32,000 bases of DNA from Candidatus Iainarchaeum sp. (lineage in GTDB: Archaea; Iainarchaeota; Iainarchaeia; Iainarchaeales; VGJJ01), in contig JAUYHT010000001.1 of assembly GCA_030688545.1 (NCBI GenBank), positions 1 to 32,000 on the forward strand, read 5' to 3'. This document shows, one piece after another, positions 22,914 to 31,981 of this stretch. The notes below the pieces were generated by a model. The model was given only the letters and a program-made list of their open reading frames with translations. It did not search any database and was not told the origin of the DNA. The translations under genes were made by a program, and so were the position numbers. Each line of letters begins with the position of its first letter. Position 1 is the stretch's first letter.

Positions 22914-23001
22914 AAATGTTTGGTTTAATCCCTTCTCCCAATAATTATTTTTTTAAACTCTGGGCGCCGCACGTTAGGTATAAGGATGGAGGTGGTTGAA
23001 T

Positions 23002-23553
23002 ATGCCCAAGCGATTGGCAAGGAAAAAATCATTCGATGATCATTCAAAGGATATCGCCGTTTCAGGGAAACCTTCTCCCATGCTGGATCCTTTCCTGGAA
23101 GAGATGCGTGACATGCAATCCCGCATGGATGACATGTTTTCCCGTTTCTGGAGGTCAGACCCTCTCCTGGATTCCCGTCGCATGCTTTCTCCCGTCTCCC
23201 GTTTCCTTTCCTCCCAATCCCGGATGATGCAACCCTTATCCAACATGTGGGAAACGCCCAAAGAAGTGGGGTTGGATATCGACCTTCCAGGGGTGGACAA
23301 GAAGGATATCGAACTCAATATCCATCCCGATCGCCTCGAGGTGCGCGCGGAGAAGAAGCATGAATCCAAGGAAGAAAAAGAGAGTATGTACCGCATGGAA
23401 CGCAGCTACGCGGGCTTCTTTCGCACGTTCTCCCTTCCCCATGGAATTGATTCCGCGCACGCGGATGCCAAGTATGAAAATGGGGTTCTTCGCATTCGCT
23501 TGCCCAAGCATCCTGACAAGGGAACAGGCATCAAAAAGCTGGACGTGAAGTGA
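23002..23553 (+). CDS. small heat-shock protein (Hsp20/alpha-crystallin family)
   Basis: Alpha-crystallin domain: WETPKEVGLDIDLPGVDKKDIELNIHPDRLEVRAEKK...FFRTFSLPHGIDSAHADAKYENGVLRIRLPK. GGAGGTGG lies 7 nt upstream of ATG 23002; the track uses a TTG start at 22996. Confidence 0.85.
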   Translation: MPKRLARKKSFDDHSKDIAVSGKPSPMLDPFLEEMRDMQSRMDDMFSRFWRSDPLLDSRRMLSPVSRFLSSQSRMMQPLSNMWETPKEVGLDIDLPGVDKKDIELNIHPDRLEVRAEKKHESKEEKESMYRMERSYAGFFRTFSLPHGIDSAHADAKYENGVLRIRLPKHPDKGTGIKKLDVK

Positions 23554-23652
23554 GGAGGATATTTCCCATATCCCTCATTTCCAAAAGAGTGGAAATCCTT
23601 CCCCAAGGTCGATGAGGGTGTCATTAAATACTCCCTTTCTCCTATTCCCGTT

Positions 23653-23841
23653 ATGCACAAAAAACGTTTGTACCGTTCAACCAATCGCATGCTCGGGGGA
23701 GTATGCGCGGGTATCGCCGAATACGTGAACACGGATCCCACGCTCATCCGCTTGCTCTGGGTGGTGTTCACTTTCGTCAGCATGGGGGCGGGCATCCTTC
23801 TCTACTTGGCGGCCTGGATCATCATCCCCGAGAGAGGATAA
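23653..23841 (+). CDS. PspC-domain membrane protein
   Basis: The 62-aa protein has the KRLYRS..R.LGGVCAGIAEY...DPTLIRLLWVV pattern followed by a TM helix, which is the classic PspC domain. Confidence 0.8.
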   Translation: MHKKRLYRSTNRMLGGVCAGIAEYVNTDPTLIRLLWVVFTFVSMGAGILLYLAAWIIIPERG

Positions 23842-23905
23842 TGCATCCCCCCTCGATGGGGAATCACCGGGCTTTCTTTTATACCAATTCCCTGCATATA
23901 CGTGC

Positions 23906-24631
23906 ATGAAAGGGGTTGCCATCATCGAGGCTCGACGCATCACAAAAACTTACCAAATGGGTGACGTTCCCCTGAAAGTGCTTAAGGGAATTGATGCCGC
24001 CATCCTTCAAGGGGAATATGTGGCCATCATTGGGCCCTCCGGCTCAGGGAAAACTACGCTGCTCGACATCCTCTCCGGGTTGCTCCGCCCATCCTCCGGT
24101 GAGGTATTCATCCACCAAAATCCTATTTCGGGTATGGACGACAATGCCCTGGCCCTGGTCCGGGGTCGGACGATAGGGTTTGTTTTCCAGACCTTCAATC
24201 TTATCCCTCGTCTCACGGCCTTGGAAAATGTGATGCTCCCCCTCTGGTTCCAGGGCATGCCTTCCGCCGAGCGGGAGTCCCGAGCCCGAAGCGTATTGGG
24301 GGAGGTGGGGTTGGGAGATCGTTTGTTTCACACTCCCAATCAACTTTCGGGGGGTCAGCGTCAACGGGTGGCTATTGCCCGGGCCCTCGCGGGGAATCCG
24401 GATGTCATTGTCGCTGACGAGCCGACCGGCAATCTGGATTCCCTCTCGGGAGCCAATATTCTTTCCATTTTGGGTGCCCTTCACGCTAAAGGTAAAACCA
24501 TAGTGGTGGTCACCCATGATAAGCAGGTCGCCCAGCGGGCATCCCGCATCATCCATATTAAAGATGGCCTCATCGTACAGCCTGAGACGGTGCGGAATAA
24601 GCTCCGTGCCCCCCGGAGGCCTTCCCGATGA
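23906..24631 (+). CDS. ABC transporter ATP-binding protein, MacB/LolD-like
   Basis: Walker A GPSGSGKTT, Q-loop FQTFNL, signature LSGGQRQRVAIARAL, Walker B VIVADEPTGNLD, H-loop VTHD. TATA-like CTTTTATAC lies ~27 nt upstream. Confidence 0.92.
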   Translation: MKGVAIIEARRITKTYQMGDVPLKVLKGIDAAILQGEYVAIIGPSGSGKTTLLDILSGLLRPSSGEVFIHQNPISGMDDNALALVRGRTIGFVFQTFNLIPRLTALENVMLPLWFQGMPSAERESRARSVLGEVGLGDRLFHTPNQLSGGQRQRVAIARALAGNPDVIVADEPTGNLDSLSGANILSILGALHAKGKTIVVVTHDKQVAQRASRIIHIKDGLIVQPETVRNKLRAPRRPSR

Positions 24632-25860
24632 CCCGCTATCTCCTCGTGATTTTTCTCATCATTGGTTTAGGGGTTAGCGTCCAGGCCCAAGGCCTTACCA
24701 TTTCCTCCTATAATATTGACCCCTCCCCCGTAATCCCTGGTCAGGTGTTCACGCTTTACGCATACGTATACAACAACTCCGGCGTCCCCGTATCAGACGC
24801 GCAGTTCACCCTCCAATTGGGCGAGGATGTTTTCGACACCCCCCACCCGTTTGCAATCGAACCAACTGATTCACTTTCCAAACCCCTGGGCACGCTCGTG
24901 CCCTACCAAACCATCCAGGTTCAATATCGTATCCGCGTGGCCCCGGATGCCCTGGATGGATTCTACACCCTCACCCTCCGCGCCTCATCCGCTTCCAATC
25001 CGGCAGGTGCCATCCTTCCTGTTTCCATACAAATTCTCGCGCGCAAGCCCATCGTAACCATCATTGATAGTATCCCTTCTTCCATCTCCCTCGGGGCGAC
25101 GGCTAGTTTGACGCTCACACTCCGGAACACCGGTTCGTCTCCCGCACGCGATATCCTGGTGAGTCTCAAGGAGGATCGCACCGTCACGTCCGGGGGGGCT
25201 GTGGTGGAGCGCGATATCATCCCGCTGGGGGCGTCAACCACCTATCTGGCGACTCTGGATGTGGGGTCAACGGCCTCGCTTACTATCCCTATCTTGGTGA
25301 ACCCATCCGCTTCCTCCAAACCTTATTTTGTTCCCGTCACGCTAGAATACTACGATGCCAACAAGACCCAATATTCCATTACCGACTACATCGGCCTGAA
25401 GGTCACCGGCGAACCTGATTTGGGGTTGTTGTTCGCGGAGGCCAATCCTCTCCTCTCCCCCGGCAACCCCTCGCGTATCGTATTGGACATCTTTAACAAA
25501 GGGCTTGGTCCCGCCAAATCCCTGACGGCCCAGGTGGACACGAATCTTCTCGAATTATCCACGACGCGTTTTTTCATCGGCACGATCGAATCCGATGATT
25601 TCGATTCCCTGACCCTGGAGGGAACGGTATCTCCATCCCTCGCGCCCGGCACGTATCCTTTGCCCATCACCTTCACCTTCAGGAACGAATTCGGCGACCC
25701 CTCTACGGTGACGGAAACCGTTTTCATTCAAGTATATCATCCCTCTCAAGTTCCTCAGACGAATGGATCAAGTGACTTTTTCGTCTGGCTAGTCCTCCTC
25801 GCTGTCGCGGCCGGGATCATCTGGTGGTTCCGCTTCCGGAAGTCTCCCATCAAAAAGTGA
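24628..25860 (+). CDS. exported CARDB/DUF11-like beta-sandwich repeat protein with a C-terminal TM anchor (COG1361-like ABC-associated surface protein)
   Basis: Signal peptide ending VSVQAQG. Three related modules are visible: ...PGQVFTLYAYVYNNSG.., ..GATASLTLTLRNTGSSPA.., ..GNPSRIVLDIFNKGLGPA... C-terminal TM FFVWLVLLAVAAGIIWWFRFRK. The start overlaps the ATPase stop (ATGA). Confidence 0.7.
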   Translation: MTRYLLVIFLIIGLGVSVQAQGLTISSYNIDPSPVIPGQVFTLYAYVYNNSGVPVSDAQFTLQLGEDVFDTPHPFAIEPTDSLSKPLGTLVPYQTIQVQYRIRVAPDALDGFYTLTLRASSASNPAGAILPVSIQILARKPIVTIIDSIPSSISLGATASLTLTLRNTGSSPARDILVSLKEDRTVTSGGAVVERDIIPLGASTTYLATLDVGSTASLTIPILVNPSASSKPYFVPVTLEYYDANKTQYSITDYIGLKVTGEPDLGLLFAEANPLLSPGNPSRIVLDIFNKGLGPAKSLTAQVDTNLLELSTTRFFIGTIESDDFDSLTLEGTVSPSLAPGTYPLPITFTFRNEFGDPSTVTETVFIQVYHPSQVPQTNGSSDFFVWLVLLAVAAGIIWWFRFRKSPIKK

Positions 25861-25878
25861 TTTTCTTTACGATTTCCC

Positions 25879-27102
25879 ATGAATCCATTCCTGGAGGTTC
25901 CCCATTATGCCTTGCGCAATCTCGCGCAGCAGGGTCTGCGCTCATACCTCACTCTTTTAGGCGTCGTCATAGGTATCGCCGCAATGGTCACGTTATTCTC
26001 TCTTGGCACCGGGTTGAATAAAGCGGCCGAAGAACAATTCGAGACATTGGGTTCCAATACCCTCTTTCTCACCCCCTCGGCTCGCTTCCAGCAGGGAGGA
26101 GGTCCCCTCACCAATTTCAAGACCCTCACACCATCATTCCGTTCCCGCATTGAAACCCTTTCCGAAGTGGAATCAACACTGGCCCCGGTCGCCGCGTCAG
26201 GCACCATTGTTTTTGGCCGCGAGAATATCGAGGGAAGTATCATCGCCACTACTTCCGAAGAAGCGGAGACGTTTGAGGAAACCGGTTTCGTTGAACTCGA
26301 GGCGGGTCGATCCTTCACCACCCGTGATACGTTCTCCGTAATCGTGGGCCATCGCATCGCGCATGACGTGTTCTCACGGGACATCCGCCTAGGTTCACGG
26401 ATAACGATTGAAGGAAAATCATTTTCGGTCATCGGTATTACCAAGGAGAGTGCCCGCTCCTATGGAGGGGGCCCCAACACCAATAACACCCTTTTCATCA
26501 CTAAGCAGGGTTTCTCCCATTTGTTCACGGAGACGGATTCCGTGTTCATGCTCATCAAGACCCACCGCCAGGAGGACGTACCCATCGTACAACGAAAAGT
26601 GGAGCGTCTTCTCGAGGATGAATGGGGAAGGGATCAAGGGTTTTATGTCGTGGCCACCCAGGAACAATTGTTGGGACAGATTTCCCAATTTTTGGGTCTC
26701 ATTCAACTCGTTTTGGTGGGGATTGCCTCCATTTCTTTATTAGTCGGGGGGATAGGTATCATGAACACCATGATCATGGCGGTCTTGGAGCGTACCGCTG
26801 AGATTGGGGTGATGAAAGCCGTGGGGGCTACCAACGCTTTAGTTTTGTCCATCTTTCTCATGGAGGCCGGTTTCATTGGCGCCATCGGGGGCGCGCTCGG
26901 GGTGCTCCTGGGATATGCCCTGGCCTTCCTCGTGGGCCACATCTCCACCTCTTCAGGCCTCGCTCTCAACGTCGTTGCAGATCCATTACTCATGGCGGGG
27001 GCCATTCTTTTTGCCATGCTGGTGGGCATGCTTTCGGGGTTGATTCCCGCCCGACGGGCGGCTATGTTGGATCCAGTGATCGCTTTGCGGGGGGTGGAAT
27101 GA
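25879..27102 (+). CDS. ABC transporter permease, FtsX/MacB-type (paralog 1)
   Basis: TM1, then a large extracytoplasmic domain, then three C-terminal TMs. The FtsX-like motifs LVGGIGIMNTM...ERT.EIGVMKAVGA and PARRAA.LDPV.ALR are present. Confidence 0.88.
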   Translation: MNPFLEVPHYALRNLAQQGLRSYLTLLGVVIGIAAMVTLFSLGTGLNKAAEEQFETLGSNTLFLTPSARFQQGGGPLTNFKTLTPSFRSRIETLSEVESTLAPVAASGTIVFGRENIEGSIIATTSEEAETFEETGFVELEAGRSFTTRDTFSVIVGHRIAHDVFSRDIRLGSRITIEGKSFSVIGITKESARSYGGGPNTNNTLFITKQGFSHLFTETDSVFMLIKTHRQEDVPIVQRKVERLLEDEWGRDQGFYVVATQEQLLGQISQFLGLIQLVLVGIASISLLVGGIGIMNTMIMAVLERTAEIGVMKAVGATNALVLSIFLMEAGFIGAIGGALGVLLGYALAFLVGHISTSSGLALNVVADPLLMAGAILFAMLVGMLSGLIPARRAAMLDPVIALRGVE

Positions 27103-28331
27103 TGAATCCTCTCCGTGAGGTTCCCCATTACGCGTGGCGCAATCTCACGCATCAAGGGTTGCGTTCGTATCTCACTCTTTTGGGGGTGGTCATTGGTATT
27201 GCTTCTATTGTCACCCTGTTTGCCTTGGGGGCGGGGTTGAGCAATGCCGTGAACGAGCAATTTGAGCGCTTGGGGGCCAATACGATTTATGTCACGCCCT
27301 CCTCCCTTTTCCAGGGTTCTTCTCCCACCTCATTCACCAATGTGAAGGTTATCCCGCCTTCTCTCGTTGAAAAAATCCGTTCTCTTCCTGAAGTGTCATA
27401 CGTCTTGCCCAATGTCTACTCCCTCGGCACGTTATCCGTGGGCCGTGAACAGGCGCAGGCCTACGTGCTCGCTATCTCCCCCTCGGATGCCCAGCTCTAT
27501 GTGGATTCCGGTTTCATGGAGCTCCGCGAGGGCCGATTGTTCGATGACCGCGACGTATTTTCAGTGATTATAGGCAACGAGTATGTGGATCAGGATATTT
27601 TTACCAAGTCCATCCGTCTGGGTTCCCGCGTTTACATAGAGGGAAAATCCTTCACCGTCATTGGCATCACCAAACCCACCCAAGCCATCGCCGGTGACCC
27701 TGCGTCCGCCAATAATGCCTTGTTCATCCCCTCGAAAGGGTTTTCCCAACTGTTCGCCAACACGGATCCCCTTTTTCTCATCGTCAAGACCAACACGGTG
27801 GAGGATATTCCTCTTGCCAAGGAACGAATCGACCGTCTATTGGAAAAGGAATTCGGGCGTGACCAGAAAGTGTTCGAGGCCGCCACCTCCGAACAATTGC
27901 AGGCGCAAGTGGGGGATCTCGTGGCGGTGATCCAACTTGTTTTGGTGGGGATTGCCTCTATCTCTTTATTAGTCGGGGGAATAGGCATCGCCAACACCAT
28001 GGTCATGAGTATTATGGAGCGGACAGAAGAAATAGGCGTGATGAAAGCGGTGGGCGCCACCAACACGCTCGTAATGTTTCTCTTCCTCCTCGAAGCCGGC
28101 TTCATCGGCCTCGTGGGGGGCATTATTGGTCTCGTCATTGGCTACACGTTGGCTTTCCTCATCCAGGTTATCGCCACCTCCTCCGGCTTCGCCCTCTTGA
28201 TCCGGATAGATATTTTGGTCATCCTCGGGGCGCTCATTTTCGCAGTCGGCGTGGGAATGCTATCCGGTCTCCTCCCCGCCCGAAGAGCGGCGCTCATGGA
28301 TCCCGTGGAGGCCCTGCGGGGGACGAAATGA
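27099..28331 (+). CDS. ABC transporter permease, FtsX/MacB-type (paralog 2)
   Basis: It has the same architecture as 25879..27102 and is collinear with it. Stretches such as TTGTTTTGGTGGGGATTGCCTC are nearly identical at the DNA level. The start overlaps the previous stop (ATGA). Confidence 0.88.
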   Translation: MMNPLREVPHYAWRNLTHQGLRSYLTLLGVVIGIASIVTLFALGAGLSNAVNEQFERLGANTIYVTPSSLFQGSSPTSFTNVKVIPPSLVEKIRSLPEVSYVLPNVYSLGTLSVGREQAQAYVLAISPSDAQLYVDSGFMELREGRLFDDRDVFSVIIGNEYVDQDIFTKSIRLGSRVYIEGKSFTVIGITKPTQAIAGDPASANNALFIPSKGFSQLFANTDPLFLIVKTNTVEDIPLAKERIDRLLEKEFGRDQKVFEAATSEQLQAQVGDLVAVIQLVLVGIASISLLVGGIGIANTMVMSIMERTEEIGVMKAVGATNTLVMFLFLLEAGFIGLVGGIIGLVIGYTLAFLIQVIATSSGFALLIRIDILVILGALIFAVGVGMLSGLLPARRAALMDPVEALRGTK

Positions 28332-28436
28332 AAAGGTTTTCCGTCCAATGGTTGCTTTATAATCGTTTTAGCCCGTGTTTGGATATCGGATTGTTCGAAA
28401 GGAAACGCTTCTTTCCTGTCAACCATTCCGTATCCC

Positions 28437-28510
28437 GGGGCGGTAGCTCAGCCTGGGAGAGCACCACGCTGAAGACGTGGGTGTCGCGAGTTCAAATCTC
28501 GCCCGCCCCA
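28437..28510 (+). tRNA. tRNA-Phe (GAA)
   Basis: Cloverleaf: GGGGCGG/CCGCCCC acceptor stem, anticodon arm CCACG-CTGAAGA-CGTGG, T arm GCGAG-TTCAAAT-CTCGC, discriminator A. Confidence 0.9.
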
Positions 28511-28543
28511 TAAGATAAAATAGTTAATTGATTTCATTATGTT

Positions 28544-29443
28544 ATGATTGAAATTTTCACAGCCTTGCCCATATCGATGATACTAAGTTTTCTCGCTGGT
28601 TCAATTTTTTTCCACCTAAAAAATGAGAAGGTGAAAGATGGTTTAGCCCGATCCATGTACTCATTAGGATATGGGGCTATATGGTCAATCATAAACTTTA
28701 TTTTTATAATTAGTGTTCTACCAAATTTGTGGGATTCCATCAGCCCAGGAGATTTGTCTTTATTTGCAAGCCTTTTTGGTTTTATAATTTTATTAGGTTT
28801 ACTTGTCACTAAAATTTTATTTGAATATGTAACTAAAATTCAATTTCTATTGGATTATTTCAAAAAAATTAACCAATGGTTTAGTAATAAATTAAAAAAC
28901 TGGGCCAAACTGAATGGGGCAATTTTTAAAAAATATTCGCCTTGGATAAGTATTATACTGGGCGTATTTATTTTTTTTATTATTTTGATTAATTGGCCCA
29001 ATCCAAACAATGTCTTATTATTTTTACCTTACATATTTTATGGAATTATATTAATAATTATATATTTAAAATTGGATTCAGGCTATGGTAAAAAGTGGGC
29101 TCTGTTATTTTTGTTGGTGTGGTTTGCAGCTACCTTGTTCTTATTACCAGGTTACGCAGGCGAACTTAATAAATCATTTTCCCATTTTAAAATAATTAAT
29201 CATTCAGATGAAAAACTCGATTTTTCAGTGATTAACAAGAAAGAGGATACTGTTATTGTTACAAAAATTTTTGTTGAGTGCGCGCAAGATATTAGAAAAG
29301 TTTTAACGATTGAATGCGGTTTACCAGTTGAAATATTGTCCCATCAAGCAAAGAGGATAATCTGTGATGAAAATCAAACACCAAGAGATTGCAATTATAC
29401 GCCATTCATAAATGACATCAATATCAATAAATATATTCCATAA
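28544..29443 (+). CDS. 299-aa multi-pass membrane protein of strongly deviant (AT-rich) composition, function unknown
   Basis: There are about six hydrophobic segments, then a soluble C-terminal ~95 aa with four Cys. Spot G+C counts on 60-nt lines are ~23-32%, against ~60% in the adjacent permease gene. Codons are dominated by AAA/AAT/ATT/TTT. Confidence 0.65.
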   Translation: MIEIFTALPISMILSFLAGSIFFHLKNEKVKDGLARSMYSLGYGAIWSIINFIFIISVLPNLWDSISPGDLSLFASLFGFIILLGLLVTKILFEYVTKIQFLLDYFKKINQWFSNKLKNWAKLNGAIFKKYSPWISIILGVFIFFIILINWPNPNNVLLFLPYIFYGIILIIIYLKLDSGYGKKWALLFLLVWFAATLFLLPGYAGELNKSFSHFKIINHSDEKLDFSVINKKEDTVIVTKIFVECAQDIRKVLTIECGLPVEILSHQAKRIICDENQTPRDCNYTPFINDININKYIP

Positions 29444-29444
29444 C

Positions 29445-30911
29445 TCATTTGTCCCGCATCTGCGGGAAGAAAATGACATCCCGTATCGTGGGTTGGTCGA
29501 GCAGGAGCATGATCATTCGGTCCACTCCAATTCCTAATCCCCCGGCGGGGGGCATGCCATATTCCATGGCGTGGAGGAAATCATCATCCACAGGCATCTC
29601 TTCTCCGCCGGCGCGGCCTTCTTCCGCCTGTTGCTCAAGTAATTCCCTTTGCGCAATGGGGTCATTCAGTTCCGAGTACGCGTTGCCCATTTCCCACCCA
29701 TTGATGAAGCTCTCGAACCGTTCGATATATCCCTTTTCCGTTCGGTGTGGTTTGCATAAGGGGGTTGTCTCGAATGGATAATCAATGAGGTGCGTGGGTT
29801 GGATTAAATGCTTTTCCGCGACCGCCTCGAACAGCTCGTTGATGATCAATCCCCTCAAAGGGGGGTTTTCCATCTTTTTTCCCGTTTTGGCGATTATGGC
29901 AAGCATTTCCGGATCGGATAACGCATCCACATCCACGTCTCCATATTTCTTGATGGCCTTTTTCATGGGTAGCCGTTCCCATTTCCCTTTCAGATCATAT
30001 TCCTTCCCTTGGTACGAAAAAGTGGTTGTTCCGTGTACCGCAATGCAGGCCTCCCTAAAAATATCTTCCGTCAGGGTCATCATCCCCGTATAGTCCCAGT
30101 ACGCCGCATAGCATTCCATAGTCGTAAATTCCGGATTATGCGTTTTGTCGATATCTTCGTTCCTAAAGTTTTTGGTTATGGTATACACCTTTTCCATATT
30201 CCCAATGAGCAATTTTTTCAGTTGCAATTCAGGCGAGATGGACAGATAAAGGTCCTGGTCCAGCGCATTGGAATGCGTGATGAAAGGCTTGGCATTCGCC
30301 CCCCCGTAACTGCTTTGAAGGGTGGGGATTTCCACCTCCACAAACCCATTTTCATCCAGCACGCGCCGCATGGTTTGGATGATCTTGCTCCGCTCCAGGA
30401 ATATTTTTTTCACTTCCGGGTTCATGAACAAATCAATATGGCGTTGCCGATAACGCGTTTCAATATCGCTGATCCCATGCCATTTATCCGGCATGGGAGC
30501 GATGCTCTTGCTCAGCAACGTCAATGATCCCGCCAGCACACTCAATTCCCCCCGCTGGGTGCGCACGATTTCCCCTTCCACCCCGATATAGTCCCCGGCG
30601 TCCAAGAGGGAGAGGATTTCCCAGGCCGTTTTAGGAGTCGTTTCCTGTTTCAGTTGTATCTGTATCTTTCCAGAATCATCATGGACATCCAAGAAGGCCA
30701 GTTTTCCAAATCCCCTGACACTCATGAGCTTTCCGGCCACTTTGGCTTTCTTTCCGGATGCTTCCCCCTCTTTCAAGTAGGCGTAGTCCGTCTGAATGGC
30801 CCGTGCCAGGTGGGTGCGTTCATACGCATACGGATAGGGGTTGATACCCTTCTCCCGCGCGGCCTTCAGCTTAGCTATTTTGCTTGCCCGCAATTCTTCA
30901 TAAGTCGCCAT
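29445..30911 (-). CDS. lysS: lysyl-tRNA synthetase, class II
   Basis: 488 aa. It has an N-terminal OB anticodon-binding domain (VAGKLMSVRGFGKLAFLDVHDDSGKIQIQL) and class II motifs (FRNEDIDKTHNPEFTTMECY; GGLGIGVDRMIMLL). Confidence 0.93.
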   Translation of the reverse strand: MATYEELRASKIAKLKAAREKGINPYPYAYERTHLARAIQTDYAYLKEGEASGKKAKVAGKLMSVRGFGKLAFLDVHDDSGKIQIQLKQETTPKTAWEILSLLDAGDYIGVEGEIVRTQRGELSVLAGSLTLLSKSIAPMPDKWHGISDIETRYRQRHIDLFMNPEVKKIFLERSKIIQTMRRVLDENGFVEVEIPTLQSSYGGANAKPFITHSNALDQDLYLSISPELQLKKLLIGNMEKVYTITKNFRNEDIDKTHNPEFTTMECYAAYWDYTGMMTLTEDIFREACIAVHGTTTFSYQGKEYDLKGKWERLPMKKAIKKYGDVDVDALSDPEMLAIIAKTGKKMENPPLRGLIINELFEAVAEKHLIQPTHLIDYPFETTPLCKPHRTEKGYIERFESFINGWEMGNAYSELNDPIAQRELLEQQAEEGRAGGEEMPVDDDFLHAMEYGMPPAGGLGIGVDRMIMLLLDQPTIRDVIFFPQMRDK

Positions 30912-31002
30912 AGAGATTTCTCCACGCGGGCGGGCTTAAAAAGAGAGGCTTGATTCACCAAAAAAATTTATATTTTGGGTCATGATTTCCTAACCCGTTT
31001 TC

Positions 31003-31740
31003 TCATACGTCCATCAGTTGAGTATCCGAGCCCTTGATTACGATGCCCTTGGGCGTGATCTCGAGCGGGTGCAGTTGTTCCGAGTGGTGGGTCGCTCTTA
31101 GCTTCCTAATATGGAGTGTCCTATTGGATTGCGTTCCCACTCCCAAGTAGTGCATGACAAACACTCCGTCCGCCACGAATTCTTCCACTCCGAATCGCGA
31201 GAACCCGGGTGCTCCTTCGTCCATTTCGCTCACCAATAAACTGGTGACGCCGGTGCGTTCCAGCATGTATGAGATCTTCAATATGGCCTTTCGCACATCG
31301 TTGGCGTTATCATAATTGAAACCCAGCGCCGGCAGGCTATCAATGACCAATCGTTTTGCTCCTATTCGCCGGGTGGTGCGCACGATCTCCAGCAACAGCT
31401 TGTCGAGGTCGAACCCCGTGGGCATGGCGAATTCTTCTTCGCTCGGCAAACCTATTTTGGCCACGGATCCATCAATGATTTCAAGGAGATGATCATCTTC
31501 TAGTTTGCGCAAATCCCATCCGAAGCTCAGCATGTCCTCGCGCAACAAATTAGGTCGCTCATCCAGTGTCACATAAACTCCGGGCTGGCGGAATTGGGTC
31601 GCTCCCGCATACACAAACTGGGTGCAGAAGATGCTCTTTCCTGTTCCCGTAGCCCCACTCACGAGGAAACTCCGCCCTTCCGGCAACCCCCCCTGGATGA
31701 GCGTATCCAACCCTTGGATCCCGGTGGGCACGCGGTTCAT
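31003..31740 (-). CDS. single-domain KaiC-like / RecA-superfamily ATPase
   Basis: PTGIQGLDTLIQGGLPEGRSFLVSGATGTGKS (Walker A). Walker B-like RLVIDSL. The length and layout match archaeal KaiC/ArlH-like proteins. Confidence 0.85.
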   Translation of the reverse strand: MNRVPTGIQGLDTLIQGGLPEGRSFLVSGATGTGKSIFCTQFVYAGATQFRQPGVYVTLDERPNLLREDMLSFGWDLRKLEDDHLLEIIDGSVAKIGLPSEEEFAMPTGFDLDKLLLEIVRTTRRIGAKRLVIDSLPALGFNYDNANDVRKAILKISYMLERTGVTSLLVSEMDEGAPGFSRFGVEEFVADGVFVMHYLGVGTQSNRTLHIRKLRATHHSEQLHPLEITPKGIVIKGSDTQLMDV

Positions 31741-31981
31741 GCGTTATCCACCCTTTTTCGCATTAAAAGCCTGCGTTTTTTTATTGGGCCATGTTAGGGT
31801 GAAAGTGCCATTCATTCTTTGGCAAGCGATCCCCTGACCTGGTTTGTTTTTTTCCTTCCGCGTGGAAATCCCTACTTTCGTCCTCCGGAGGTCGTTATTT
31901 TGACCTGGCGATCTCCATTTATATTTAAACATACAGGTCCATGGTATCGGTATACTTGTTCCATCTATGGAGGTAATCATC

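Noticed and set aside
21446-22930. A CRISPR-like array, suggested by the repeated hairpins near the tRNA-Lys genes
   Set aside because: There are only two to three copies, with irregular spacing. The units are embedded in a larger duplication, there is no repeat-spacer periodicity, and there are no cas genes in the window.
25905-28426. Antisense ORFs inside the two permease genes and the ATPase gene (25905..26444 -, 26703..27260 -, 27632..28138 -, 24044..24556 -)
   Set aside because: They are nested opposite genes with unmistakable ABC/FtsX motifs and have no independent signals.
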